A DNA stretch of 64,000 nt from Deltaproteobacteria bacterium (GTDB taxonomy: Bacteria; Desulfobacterota; Syntrophia; Syntrophales; UBA2210): assembly GCA_016933965.1 (NCBI GenBank), contig JAFGTS010000044.1, positions 59,533 to 123,532 on the forward strand, in the 5' to 3' direction. The first letter of the stretch is position 1. Every line of letters starts with the position of its first letter. Made by a program: the position numbers and the translations under genes. Positions 22,551 through 32,164 of this stretch are shown here, piece by piece. Under the pieces are notes generated by a model. It searched no databases. It saw only the letters and a list, made by a program, of their open reading frames with translations, and was not told the DNA's origin.

Positions 22551-23525
22551 TTACCGGTATTTCCAGCACCGGACCCGGTGATGTGCTCCTTCTTCCGTGA
22601 GGTCCGGTTCTTCTTGCCTGCATATGTCCATCACCGAGGGACAGCGGTCCTGGAAACTGCATCCCCGGGGAAGATGATACAGGCTGGGGACCGTACCCGG
22701 TATGGTGTGGAGTCGCGCTTCCCGGCGGGATTTCTTTCCGGGATCCGGTGTGGATGCGATAAGGCCTTCTGTGTAGGGATGCAGGGGTGCGTTGAAGAGC
22801 TGGTCAACGGCACAGTATTCCACGACCTTCCCCGTGTACATGACCGCCGCGAACTGCGCCGCCTCGGCGATAACTCCCAGGTCATGGGTTATGAGGATGA
22901 CCGACGCTCCCCGTTCGCTTTTGATCCGGTTGATGAGTTCCAGGATCTGCGCCTGAATGGTCACGTCCAGGGCCGTTGTGGGCTCATCGGCAAGCATGAG
23001 CCGGGGATTGCAGGAGAGGGCCATGGCGATCATCACCCGCTGCCGCATTCCGCCGCTCATCTGGTGAGGATAGCTCCTCAGGCGATCCCCGGCCGAGGGC
23101 ATGCCCACGAGTTCCAGCATTTCCCGGGCCCGTTCGAGGGCGTCCCTGCGGGAAAGTCCCTGATGGAGCCGGATGGCCTCGGTCATCTGGTCGCCGATCC
23201 TGATGACGGGGTTCAGTGAGTTCATGGGTTCCTGAAAGATCATCGAGATCTCTCCGCCCCGGATCGCTCTCATTTTGTCTTCGCTGAGACGCAGAAGGTC
23301 CGTTCCGTTCAGAAGAACGGAGCCGGAGACGATCCTTCCCGGCGGTGACGGTACCAGGCGCATGATGGACAGGGCCAGGACCGTCTTCCCGCATCCTGAT
23401 TCGCCGACGATCCCGAGCGTTTCTGCGCCGTCGAGCGACAGGGTGACGCCGTCGACCGCCCTGACCGTCCCGTAGCGTGTTTCGAAGAACGTCTGCAGCT
23501 GTGATATCTCAAGAACGGGATTCAT
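22551..23525 (-). CDS. Peptide/nickel ABC transporter ATP-binding protein (DppD/OppD-like)
   Basis: 324 aa; Walker [10 protein letters not shown], signature MSGGMRQR, Walker [12 protein letters not shown]-terminal PLHPYTEGL...RCP motif. Confidence 0.88.
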   Translation of the reverse strand: MNPVLEISQLQTFFETRYGTVRAVDGVTLSLDGAETLGIVGESGCGKTVLALSIMRLVPSPPGRIVSGSVLLNGTDLLRLSEDKMRAIRGGEISMIFQEPMNSLNPVIRIGDQMTEAIRLHQGLSRRDALERAREMLELVGMPSAGDRLRSYPHQMSGGMRQRVMIAMALSCNPRLMLADEPTTALDVTIQAQILELINRIKSERGASVILITHDLGVIAEAAQFAAVMYTGKVVEYCAVDQLFNAPLHPYTEGLIASTPDPGKKSRREARLHTIPGTVPSLYHLPRGCSFQDRCPSVMDICRQEEPDLTEEGAHHRVRCWKYR

Positions 23526-25029
23526 TGCTCTTCCGGGTGTGATCGATCAGAAATTGTGTGATCAGGCGCACCCCCACGCCGGATGCACCCTTGGGAGTAT
23601 AGGTCCTGTCCTTTTTCAGAAAAGCCGGTCCGGCGATATCCAGGTGGACCCATGGCCGGTCTTCGACGAAGGAACTCAGGAAGAGAGCGGCCGATATGGC
23701 CCCCGCCTCTCTCCCGCCCGAATTTTTCAGGTCGGCCACGTCGCTTTTTATGAGTTCCCGGTACTCTTCCCGCAGGGGGAGCTCCCAGACCGCCTCTCCT
23801 GTTCTGTCGGCGGCCCCCCTGATCAGCTGTTTCAGGGATTCATCGTTTCCGAGCATGCCCGTCACGTCCCGTCCCAGGGCAACGACGCAGGCTCCCGTAA
23901 GGGTGGCCATATCTATGACAGCCACGGGATCGTAACGGAGCGAGTAGGTGAGGGCGTCGGCGAGGATCAGCCGTCCCTCGGCGTCGGTGTTCTTTATTTC
24001 AATCGTTTTCCCCGAAAGGGACCTCAGGATATCACCCGGCCTGTAAGCCCTGCCGTCGGGCAGGTTTTCCGCGGCGGGGACGATGCCGACGATATTGGCG
24101 GGGAGTTTCAGGTCCGCCGCCGCCTGGATGATGCCGATCACGGCGGCGCCTCCCGCCATGTCATCCTTCATCTCATCCATGTCGGCCGGCGGTTTTATGT
24201 CGATACCGCCGCTGTCGAAGGTTATTCCCTTGCCGACGAGAACGATCGGCCGGTCCTTCTGCTTTCCGCCGCGGTATTCCATGACGATCAGTCGCGGCGC
24301 GTTGGTGCTTCCCCCGGCGACGCCGAGAAGGGCGTGCATGCCGAGCCGTTTCATCCGTTTCTCATCCAGCACGGTAAGCTTGATCGCCCTGTGCCGCGCC
24401 ACCCCTTCCGCCGCCGCCGCAAGTGCCTGCGGTGTCAGTTCGTTCCCGGGGGCTGAAACGAGATCGCGTACCAGCAGAACGGCCCGGGATATGATCTCGG
24501 CCCTTCCGATGGAATCCCGGATATCCTTGAGCGATCGGCTTTTGTCATCAACGATGACGAGGCGCTCGATGTCGGTCCGTTCCTTGTCGTTCTGCGTCTT
24601 GTGAGCGGTGTACCGGTAGAGGCCCAGAAGCGTTCCCTCGATGGCTGATTCCGCGAGCTCCGCCGGTGAAAGGGCCGATGTGCCGAGATCAAGGGACGCG
24701 GCGAACTCCCGGATCCGGAACCCCCGAACGGCCCGTGCCGCCCCGGCGAAGACGGCGCGAAGACGGTCGCGGGTAAAGTCTTCTTTTTTGCCCATGCCGA
24801 CGAGAAGGACCCGTGGCGCGGGGATCATGGTTTCCGTGAAGAGCAGCAGGGTCTCGTTCAGCGTGCCCTTGAAATCGCCCCTGTCCAGGACCCGCTTCAC
24901 CATGCCCCGGCACTCGCTGTCGATCACCGCCGCGGCACCCTCCGGGCCGGCAGCATCTTCAAAAAGGAATGCCAGGACCACGGGGCAATCGATCTGGCTG
25001 AGCGGTGTTTTTTTTATTACAATGTTCAT
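23509..25029 (-). CDS. pepA: Leucyl aminopeptidase (M17)
   Basis: 506 aa; M17 signature [12 protein letters not shown] and [11 protein letters not shown]. Confidence 0.92.
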   Translation of the reverse strand: MNIVIKKTPLSQIDCPVVLAFLFEDAAGPEGAAAVIDSECRGMVKRVLDRGDFKGTLNETLLLFTETMIPAPRVLLVGMGKKEDFTRDRLRAVFAGAARAVRGFRIREFAASLDLGTSALSPAELAESAIEGTLLGLYRYTAHKTQNDKERTDIERLVIVDDKSRSLKDIRDSIGRAEIISRAVLLVRDLVSAPGNELTPQALAAAAEGVARHRAIKLTVLDEKRMKRLGMHALLGVAGGSTNAPRLIVMEYRGGKQKDRPIVLVGKGITFDSGGIDIKPPADMDEMKDDMAGGAAVIGIIQAAADLKLPANIVGIVPAAENLPDGRAYRPGDILRSLSGKTIEIKNTDAEGRLILADALTYSLRYDPVAVIDMATLTGACVVALGRDVTGMLGNDESLKQLIRGAADRTGEAVWELPLREEYRELIKSDVADLKNSGGREAGAISAALFLSSFVEDRPWVHLDIAGPAFLKKDRTYTPKGASGVGVRLITQFLIDHTRKSNESRS

Positions 25030-25086
25030 CGGCGGCCTCCACTGCCTGTTTATCGAGGACGAAACATACCACAGGACCGGTAAAAG

Positions 25087-26583
25087 TCAATTGCCGGGAA
25101 ACAGGTTCGGCCGGAACGACTCCGGTTTCTGTGCGGGATCGGTATGAGGCGACCTGTCCGGGGAGCGGAGGGCGTCGAGCCCCTTTTTGATATCGCGGGC
25201 CAGATCACTTTCCGGAGGGGCATGTTTCAAGGCTTCCTCGAAATGAAAGACGGCGCTCTTGACCTTGTCCTGCTTTTTGAAATAGATGCCGAAATTGTAG
25301 TGGGACTCGGGCTGATCGTTCATCTTTCCGTAGACCATGGCGAGATTGTAGTAGATGTCGGTGTCGGCGGGCATCCTGTCACGATATTGCCGATACAGAT
25401 CGAGGGCTTCCGGGTATTCTTCGAAAACCTCGCAGGTCCTTCCAAGATAGAAGAGGGTTTTCGGGTCCGTCGCGTTGAGCTGATGGGCGTGTTCCAGGAA
25501 GGTGCGTGCTTCCTGGATGTCTCCCTTGTTGAAATAACTGATCCCGCGGTCCCTGATGATATCGGGGTCATCCGGTGACCGTTCAAGTGCCCGCTTGAAA
25601 TACTTCCCGGATTCTGCCGATCTTCCGAGCCTGTCCAGTATCACGGCCGATCCATAGAGCCCCTCAACGTCATCGGGATCGGTGTCCAGCCGGTTCTGGA
25701 AATACTTCAGTTGTGATTCCGGGTTGTCCTTTTCCAGCTCAAGGATCGTCTGGACCCGGTCGAACTCATTGAATATGCGCTCGCTTCCTCCCTGCCGGTA
25801 ACGGGTCTGGAGCAACCCGTCGATATATCTGATCCGGTCACCCGTACCGGGGTGCGTGAGAAAATAGGATGGAACCGAGTTCGAGATGTATTCGTGCTGT
25901 CTCATGATCTTCAGAAAATCGAGCATTCCCTTTCCGTCATAGCCGGCGCTGACCAGATAGGACAGGCCCATCAGGTCCGCTTCCTCTTCATGCTCCCGGC
26001 TGTACTTGAGATTCAGGGTCGCCGCCGTGGCGAGTGAGAGGCTGGCGACCGCCGCCGTTCCCTCGCCGCCGCCGCCCAGAAAGGCGCCGGCCAGGATCGC
26101 GGCCAGCGCCGCGATATTGACCTTCCCCGATTTTTCTATGATCTGCGCGATATGACGCGCCCTGACGTGGGCTATCTCGTGCGCGAGAACACCGGCAAGC
26201 TCGTTCTCGTGCTCCGCCAGCGTTATGAGGCCGCTGTAAACATAGACATAGCCGCCCGGTGTGGCGAAGGCGTTGATTCCCGGATTATCAATAACGGTAA
26301 AGGTGAAATCAAAGGGGGAGGCACCCCCCTGGGAGAGAATGCGTTCACCCAGGTCCGTTATGTATTTCTGAACACGGCTGTCGGTGACGAGCATTCCCTT
26401 CCGTTCGAGCTTTTCATAGAACTCCTTGCCGATCCGTCTCTCGTCGTCGACGGACAGGCCGGCGGCGGTCCCCGCCGTCCAGGCAAGGAACAGGAACACA
26501 CTGATACAAATAAAAAGGGGTCTTGCGATCGATCCGTAACGATGGGAATCCATAGTGGCGGAGAATACCTCCTTTCCTTCCAT
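25087..26583 (-). CDS. M48-family Zn metalloprotease with C-terminal TPR repeats (BepA/YfgC-like), secreted
   Basis: 498 aa; N-terminal signal/TM region, HEIAHV zincin motif, TPR-like repeats in the C-terminal half. Confidence 0.85.
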   Translation of the reverse strand: MEGKEVFSATMDSHRYGSIARPLFICISVFLFLAWTAGTAAGLSVDDERRIGKEFYEKLERKGMLVTDSRVQKYITDLGERILSQGGASPFDFTFTVIDNPGINAFATPGGYVYVYSGLITLAEHENELAGVLAHEIAHVRARHIAQIIEKSGKVNIAALAAILAGAFLGGGGEGTAAVASLSLATAATLNLKYSREHEEEADLMGLSYLVSAGYDGKGMLDFLKIMRQHEYISNSVPSYFLTHPGTGDRIRYIDGLLQTRYRQGGSERIFNEFDRVQTILELEKDNPESQLKYFQNRLDTDPDDVEGLYGSAVILDRLGRSAESGKYFKRALERSPDDPDIIRDRGISYFNKGDIQEARTFLEHAHQLNATDPKTLFYLGRTCEVFEEYPEALDLYRQYRDRMPADTDIYYNLAMVYGKMNDQPESHYNFGIYFKKQDKVKSAVFHFEEALKHAPPESDLARDIKKGLDALRSPDRSPHTDPAQKPESFRPNLFPGN

Positions 26584-26663
26584 TTCGCAAGAGCAGTTTG
26601 CTGTTGTGCGGCCATGGCGGCTGTGTTATAGAGTGGCGGCAGAGGGTTACAGGGGGTGCCGGA

Positions 26664-27230
26664 TTGAAAAAAAAGGAGCTCATTCACAGAAGAACCATCA
26701 CCATAGAAACCTATGAGATCGCTGAAAACACACTTATCGTCGAGGGAGAGCTGAAAGACGACCGTTTCTTTGAGTCCTATCTGTATACCGCTCACAAATA
26801 CCGAGAACCCGGCGTTGTCCATGACATGGTCGTCAGGTGGACCGTGTCACTGCCCGGCCCCCGTATCGATGACGTTACCGTGGACATGAAGACGCTTCCG
26901 AACGAGTACTGCACGGACGCGAAGGGGGCCTTGCAGAAGCTCCGGGGTTTGACCATCAAGCCCGGATTTACGCAGAGGTCCACGGAGCTCATCGGCGGCA
27001 TCGCGGGATGCATTCATCTGACCAATCTTGTACAGACAATGGCCTCAGCCGCCGTTCAGGGCCAGTGGGCCTATTTCCTGAGAAAACGTGATTCGGCGAC
27101 GCCGGGAATGCCTGATTTCGATTCATCACTGCTTGTGAACAGCTGTTGGCTCTGGCGCGAGGACGGGCCCCTCATCCAGCAGATCCGCGAAATGGAAAAA
27201 GGCAATGGAAAAACGGAGGAGCATCGCTGA
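26664..27230 (+). CDS. DUF2889-like protein
   Basis: ORF 26598..27230; TTG 26664 with SD aggggg 8 nt upstream gives MKKKELIHRR...; GGIAGCIHLTNL resembles the conserved GC(T/I)HL block of DUF2889 (from memory). Confidence 0.5.
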   Translation: MKKKELIHRRTITIETYEIAENTLIVEGELKDDRFFESYLYTAHKYREPGVVHDMVVRWTVSLPGPRIDDVTVDMKTLPNEYCTDAKGALQKLRGLTIKPGFTQRSTELIGGIAGCIHLTNLVQTMASAAVQGQWAYFLRKRDSATPGMPDFDSSLLVNSCWLWREDGPLIQQIREMEKGNGKTEEHR

Positions 27231-27259
27231 GGGAGGCCGGAATCGAGCCGGCGACGTGC

Positions 27260-27967
27260 ATGTCCATGAAAGACCAGCTTCTGATAACAATCGACGGACC
27301 CGCGGGGTCCGGGAAAAGCACCCTGAGCCGGCTCCTGGCCCGGCGCCTGTCGTATCTGTATCTCGATACGGGGGCTCTCTATCGGACGTTCGCTTACGCC
27401 GTGCTTCAGCACGGCATTTCTCCCCGGGATGAGGCGGCTGTCTCGCGGCTGTGTTCCACGGTGAAGATATCCTTTCAAATGAGCGGCGGTGAGCTGCGGA
27501 TCATTCTTGACGGCCGGGACGTGACGGACCACGTTCGAGCGGAGGAGGTCGGCATCGCCGCGTCGATCGTGTCCGCCTACCCGGCGGTTCGGAAGGAACT
27601 CCTGCCGCTGCAGCGTGATATCGGTGTGTCCGGCGGCGTCGTTGCCGAGGGACGGGACATGGGAACCGTCGTTTTTCCCGGCGCCGACATCAAGTTCTAT
27701 ATCGATGCCTCTCCCCGGGAACGGGCCGGGCGGCGTTACCGGCAGCTACTGGGGCAGGGGGTCGACGCTGATTTTGAAGAGATCATGAAATGGCTTGAAA
27801 TTCGGGACCGCCAGGATACTCAGCGGGACCTGGCACCCCTGAAACCCGCGAAAGATGCTCATATTCTTGATACGACGGACATGGAGGCCGCCGATGTGGT
27901 GGAGGTGATGCTCCGTATCGTCACCGCGCACCGTGAAAAAATCAAGGCAAGTCGTACCGTTAATTAG
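27260..27967 (+). CDS. cmk: Cytidylate kinase
   Basis: ORF 27146..27967; conserved start MKDQLLITIDGPAGSGKST (P-loop) at 27260/27266; cmk-rpsA-ihfB synteny. Confidence 0.92.
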   Translation: MSMKDQLLITIDGPAGSGKSTLSRLLARRLSYLYLDTGALYRTFAYAVLQHGISPRDEAAVSRLCSTVKISFQMSGGELRIILDGRDVTDHVRAEEVGIAASIVSAYPAVRKELLPLQRDIGVSGGVVAEGRDMGTVVFPGADIKFYIDASPRERAGRRYRQLLGQGVDADFEEIMKWLEIRDRQDTQRDLAPLKPAKDAHILDTTDMEAADVVEVMLRIVTAHREKIKASRTVN

Positions 27968-28047
27968 CTTGATATTTAGAAATATGTATGTTAGCGTTCA
28001 ACATTTACGGAGACAGGAAATAATGAATGCCAGGGGGTACTTAGTCA

Positions 28048-29784
28048 ATGGTTAACGATGATACCAAAATAACCGAACATGAAGAAAGCACTGCCGGCGA
28101 GCAGAGGGAGGTGGAACAGGAAAAAAGCACCGAAGATATGAATTTCGTCGAACTCTATGAACAGAGCCTGCAGGAAATACCGGTCGGCCAGATCGTAACG
28201 GGGCGGGTGGTACAGATCAACGATGATATGATCATGGTCGATGTCGGATATAAGACCGAGGGGCGGCTCGATATCAATGAGGTGAAGAACAGCGATGGTA
28301 AGGTCGACCTGTCGGAGGGCGATGAAATAGAGGTCCTCGTTGACCGTCGAAAAGACGACGACCTGATCCTTTCCCGCGATAAAGCGGTTCGCATAAAAGC
28401 CTGGGATGACATAATCAAGACATATGAAGCCGGGAAAACGATCACGGGCACTGTTGTAAGCCGCGTCAAGGGCGGCCTGTCCGTTGATATCGGCTTTACG
28501 GCCTTCCTGCCCGGCTCCCAGGTCGATCTCTACCCGGTCCGTGATCTTGACCGGTACGTGGGGCAGACCCTTGAATTCCAGATACTCAAATATGACCGGA
28601 AGAGGAACAACGTGGTCCTTTCCCGCAAGACCATACTGGAACGGGAGAAGGAGGAGCTGAAGAAACAGACGCTCGAGACCCTCGAAGAAGGCGTCATCAT
28701 CGAGGGAGTCGTTAAAAATGTAACGGATTACGGCCTTTTTATAGATCTTGGCGGCATAGACGGCCTGCTCCACATTACCGATATGTCCTGGGGCAGGATA
28801 CGCCATCCTTCGGAGTGTCACTCCAAGGATGAAAAGATACGGGTGAAGGTTCTCAGCTTCGACCGCGAGAAGGAGCGGGTTTCTCTGGGGCTGAAACAAC
28901 TGACGGAAAATCCCTGGGATTCCATTGTAGATCGCTATCCCGTCGAGTCCATTGTTGAGGGGCGGGTGGTCAGTATCGTCGACTACGGCGCCTTTGTCGA
29001 ACTGGAACCGGGCGTTGAAGGGCTGATCCATGTGTCAGAGATGTTCTGGACAAAAAAGATCAAGCATCCCTCAAAGGTCGTATCCCCCGGTGATACGATA
29101 CACGTCATGGTCCTTGACGTGGATATGGACAGCAAGAGGATATCCCTTGGCTTGAAACAGACATTGCCCAATCCCTGGGAGGAGTTGCGCGAGAAATATC
29201 CTCCCGGAAGCATTGTGGCGGGCAAGGTCAGGAATATTACCGATTTCGGCGTGTTCGTCGGTGTGGACGGCGATATCGACGGCCTGATCCATGTGTCCGA
29301 CATATCCTGGCGGAAGCGGGTACGGCATCCCTCGGAATTCTTCAAGAAGGGCCAGGAGATAGAAGCGGTCGTCATCAATGTCGATGTGGAGAACGAGAAA
29401 TTCTCCCTGGGTGTGAAGCAGCTTGAAAAGAACCCCTGGGAGGAGCTCGCGGAAAAGTACGGTATTGATGCCGTGGTCTCAGGCAAAGTGACGAACGTGA
29501 CCGACTTCGGCATATTCGTGGAGATCGAGGAAGGTATCGAAGGCCTTGTACACATATCGGAATTGAGCCAGAAGCGGGTGAAATCGTCGAAGGATCTCTA
29601 TACCGTTGGTGATGTCGTATCGGCGGTCATCAAGAACATCGACGTGGAAAATCAGAAAGTGGGCCTGAGCATCAAGGATTTCGAAGCCTCGACCGAAGAT
29701 TCGTCACAGAAACGATATGTGAACAACGACAAGAAAGTCGTTTCAAATCTCGGTGACATCTTAAGCGGCATGAAACAATTGTAA
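28048..29784 (+). CDS. rpsA: 30S ribosomal protein S1
   Basis: 578 aa; six tandem S1 domains (repeated G..V.G.V....FG.FV......GL.H.SE pattern). Confidence 0.95.
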   Translation: MVNDDTKITEHEESTAGEQREVEQEKSTEDMNFVELYEQSLQEIPVGQIVTGRVVQINDDMIMVDVGYKTEGRLDINEVKNSDGKVDLSEGDEIEVLVDRRKDDDLILSRDKAVRIKAWDDIIKTYEAGKTITGTVVSRVKGGLSVDIGFTAFLPGSQVDLYPVRDLDRYVGQTLEFQILKYDRKRNNVVLSRKTILEREKEELKKQTLETLEEGVIIEGVVKNVTDYGLFIDLGGIDGLLHITDMSWGRIRHPSECHSKDEKIRVKVLSFDREKERVSLGLKQLTENPWDSIVDRYPVESIVEGRVVSIVDYGAFVELEPGVEGLIHVSEMFWTKKIKHPSKVVSPGDTIHVMVLDVDMDSKRISLGLKQTLPNPWEELREKYPPGSIVAGKVRNITDFGVFVGVDGDIDGLIHVSDISWRKRVRHPSEFFKKGQEIEAVVINVDVENEKFSLGVKQLEKNPWEELAEKYGIDAVVSGKVTNVTDFGIFVEIEEGIEGLVHISELSQKRVKSSKDLYTVGDVVSAVIKNIDVENQKVGLSIKDFEASTEDSSQKRYVNNDKKVVSNLGDILSGMKQL

Positions 29785-29804
29785 GGGATGCGTATCGGCA
29801 CCAC

Positions 29805-30710
29805 ATGAGGAGACACCCCGTTATTTTCGGTTTGACCATTCTTGCGCTGGCAGGGGTGCTCTGCTTTCTCGCCATTTATGTTATCACGGCCCTGACGGAA
29901 GAGAAGTCACCTTTTGCCATGCAGGAGAAGGTAGGCGTCATCCCCATTGAGGGCGTCCTGAGAAGTTCTGAAAAGGTCATTGAAGACCTTGATGCCTTCA
30001 AGGAGGACGATGACATCAGGGCCGTCGTCCTGCGGATAGACTCTCCCGGTGGGGCCATCGTCCCCGCCCAGGAAATATTCGATAAAATTCTGGATGTCAA
30101 AAAGAAGAAGGTCGTGGTGGCATCCATGGGGTCCGTGGCCGCCTCGGGCGGGTATTACGTGGCCTGTGCCGCCGACAGGATCGTCGCGAACCCGGGCACC
30201 ATCACGGGAAGCATCGGCGTCATCGTCCAGTTTTCTCAGGTGGACGAGCTTCTCGGGAAGATCGGGCTGAAGTCACGGGTGATAAAGCGGGGAGAGCACA
30301 AGGACATCGGCTCACCCACGCGGGACATGACCCCCGAGGAAGAAAAGATAATCCAGGGCCTCGTCGATGACATCTATGACCAGTTCATCGACATGGTCAC
30401 CGCGAACCGGACGATCTCCGAGGAGACCCTGCGGACGATATCTGATTCCCGCATTCTCTCGGGGAGGCAGGCCGTGGAGCTCGGGCTTGTGGACGAGCTC
30501 GGCACGCTGCGCAATGCCGTCGACCTTGCATCGGTACTTGCCGGGATCGAAGGCGAACCGGAGGTCGTTTACCCCGAAAAGGAACGCACGGGGCTTCTTG
30601 AATACCTTCTTGATGAAGTCGTTTCATCGATCCTCAGAGCAGTGGAGGGGCGTGGAACGGGCATCGAGTACCTGTATCCCGGCGGGGCCGGCGGAACACT
30701 TTACCGATGA
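29805..30710 (+). CDS. sppA: Signal peptide peptidase SppA (36K type)
   Basis: 301 aa; N-terminal TM, IDSPGG and ASGGYY motifs of the S49 family. Confidence 0.88.
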   Translation: MRRHPVIFGLTILALAGVLCFLAIYVITALTEEKSPFAMQEKVGVIPIEGVLRSSEKVIEDLDAFKEDDDIRAVVLRIDSPGGAIVPAQEIFDKILDVKKKKVVVASMGSVAASGGYYVACAADRIVANPGTITGSIGVIVQFSQVDELLGKIGLKSRVIKRGEHKDIGSPTRDMTPEEEKIIQGLVDDIYDQFIDMVTANRTISEETLRTISDSRILSGRQAVELGLVDELGTLRNAVDLASVLAGIEGEPEVVYPEKERTGLLEYLLDEVVSSILRAVEGRGTGIEYLYPGGAGGTLYR

Positions 30711-31006
30711 GAAAGAAAGACCTGATACAGGCGATCGGGGGAAAAATTCAGCATTACCCGAAAAGGGACGTGGCCAGTGCCGTGGAAGCCGTCTTCAGTG
30801 CCATGAAAGAGGCCCTCACTGAAGGACAGAGGATCGAACTCCGCGGGTTCGGCGTTTTCAGCGTCGTATCGAGAAAGGCGCGGATGGGGAGAAACCCGAA
30901 GACCGGCGAATCCGTATATGTTCCTTCTTCGAGGCACCTCCTTTTCAAGACCGGCAAGGACCTGCAGACCATGATCGGCGGGCGGGACGGAAGCGATGAA
31001 GTATGA
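30707..31006 (+). CDS. ihfB: Integration host factor beta subunit / HU-family DNA-binding protein
   Basis: 99 aa; RIELRGFGVFS...GRNPKTGE motif; ATGA overlap with sppA; position after rpsA as in the E. coli cmk-rpsA-ihfB order. Confidence 0.75.
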   Translation: MRKKDLIQAIGGKIQHYPKRDVASAVEAVFSAMKEALTEGQRIELRGFGVFSVVSRKARMGRNPKTGESVYVPSSRHLLFKTGKDLQTMIGGRDGSDEV

Positions 31007-31763
31007 TTCCATACTGGTGACGGTGGAGGAGAACGTTGCCACGGTAACCCTGAACCGTCCCGAGGACATGAACGCGCTCTCGGAAAAGATGCGGTCCGAG
31101 CTGGCCGGTTGCTTCGAAAACCTTGAACGGAACGATACGGTCAGGGCCGTTGTTCTGACAGGAGGAGACCAGGTCTTTTCCGCCGGTGTGGACCTGAAGG
31201 AACTGGCCGGGCTGGGTGAGGGTGAGGTTGGAGATTATATCGGGTCCGTCACCCGCTACCTCAATAAAATATATACCTTCAAAAAACCGGTCGTCGCGGC
31301 CGTTGGGGGGATCGCCCTCGGCGGAGGTTTCAATCTTGCCACGGTGTGTGACATCATCATCGCGTCGGAAACGGCCATATTCGGGCATCCGGAACTGAAA
31401 TTCGGACTGAACCCCCTGATAGACCCGCTTCGACGGATCGTCGGTCTTGCGCGGGCGAAAGAGATCGCCATGCTCGGCGAACCCCTGGGCGCCCGGGAAG
31501 CGCTGCGGATCGGACTGGTGAACAAAGTGGCGCCGCCCGAGCGATTCATGGAGGAGGCTCACGCGATCGCCCGGGAGCTTTCACGACGGTCGCCGAAGGC
31601 CCTTGAAGCGGTCAAGCGGATAGCCGATATCGTTCCCCGTCTTGACAGGAGCAGCGCTATCGAGCACGAGTTCGAGATTTCAGCCCTTCTTTTCTCGCGG
31701 AGCGAAAGCAGGGAACACATGGAGAAATTTCTTGAGGAACTGAGGTCAAGAAAGAAGAAGTAG
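30996..31763 (+). CDS. Enoyl-CoA hydratase/isomerase (crotonase) family protein
   Basis: 255 aa; crotonase-fold pattern VVLTGGDQVFSAGVDLKE ... AAVGGIALGGGFNLA. Confidence 0.85.
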   Translation: MKYDSILVTVEENVATVTLNRPEDMNALSEKMRSELAGCFENLERNDTVRAVVLTGGDQVFSAGVDLKELAGLGEGEVGDYIGSVTRYLNKIYTFKKPVVAAVGGIALGGGFNLATVCDIIIASETAIFGHPELKFGLNPLIDPLRRIVGLARAKEIAMLGEPLGAREALRIGLVNKVAPPERFMEEAHAIARELSRRSPKALEAVKRIADIVPRLDRSSAIEHEFEISALLFSRSESREHMEKFLEELRSRKKK

Positions 31764-31774
31764 TCGCCGCGATC

Positions 31775-32053
31775 TTACCGTTTATTAAAACTTTCCATCG
31801 CAAAATCGACCAGCTGATCTTTTCTTTTTTTATGCTGGAGTTTCTTGAGGGCCTTTGCCTCTATCTGGCGGATGCGCTCCCGGGTGACCCCCATCATCTC
31901 TCCCACTTCCTCAAGCGTGAAGGGGCCGTAATTACATGCCACCCAGGTGCAGTTACAGAAGGTTTCGTTTTTCAGCCACCACTCACATGCCCTGTCATGG
32001 CAAGGTTCTGTGATGAATTCGTTCGTCTTTTTGCATCTGTACAGGTTTGTCAA
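31775..32053 (-). CDS. Small Cys-rich protein with a stand-alone sigma-70 region 4.2-like HTH
   Basis: 92 aa, TTG start with SD aaaggag; C-terminal [30 protein letters not shown] nearly matches primary-sigma region 4.2; N-terminal 40 aa contain 6 Cys and 1 His. Confidence 0.65.
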   Translation of the reverse strand: MTNLYRCKKTNEFITEPCHDRACEWWLKNETFCNCTWVACNYGPFTLEEVGEMMGVTRERIRQIEAKALKKLQHKKRKDQLVDFAMESFNKR

Positions 32054-32117
32054 GTGCCCCTTCTCCTTTCTCTCTGTTTTGAAGGTTCACGGAAAAAATT
32101 CGACACAATATGAACGT

Positions 32118-32146
32118 AACATAATCATTGAATGCGAACGAATCAA
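32118..32146 (-). promoter_or_regulatory. Candidate sigma70 promoter for the small region-4 gene
   Basis: Minus strand reads TTGATT (32146-32141), 17 nt, TATGTT (32123-32118); lies between the addA-like stop and the small ORF. Confidence 0.35.
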
Positions 32147-32164
32147 GGCCGGTCGTAAAAAAAA

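Noticed and set aside
27229-27260. tRNA T-arm/acceptor-like sequence on the minus strand (gccgg-ctcgatt-ccggc followed by ctccctc) in the spacer before cmk; possible att-site remnant.
   Set aside because: Only about 30 nt resemble a tRNA 3' end. T54 is a C, there is no CCA, no anticodon or D-arm can be folded, there is no similarity to the four real tRNAs in the window, and no integrase is nearby.
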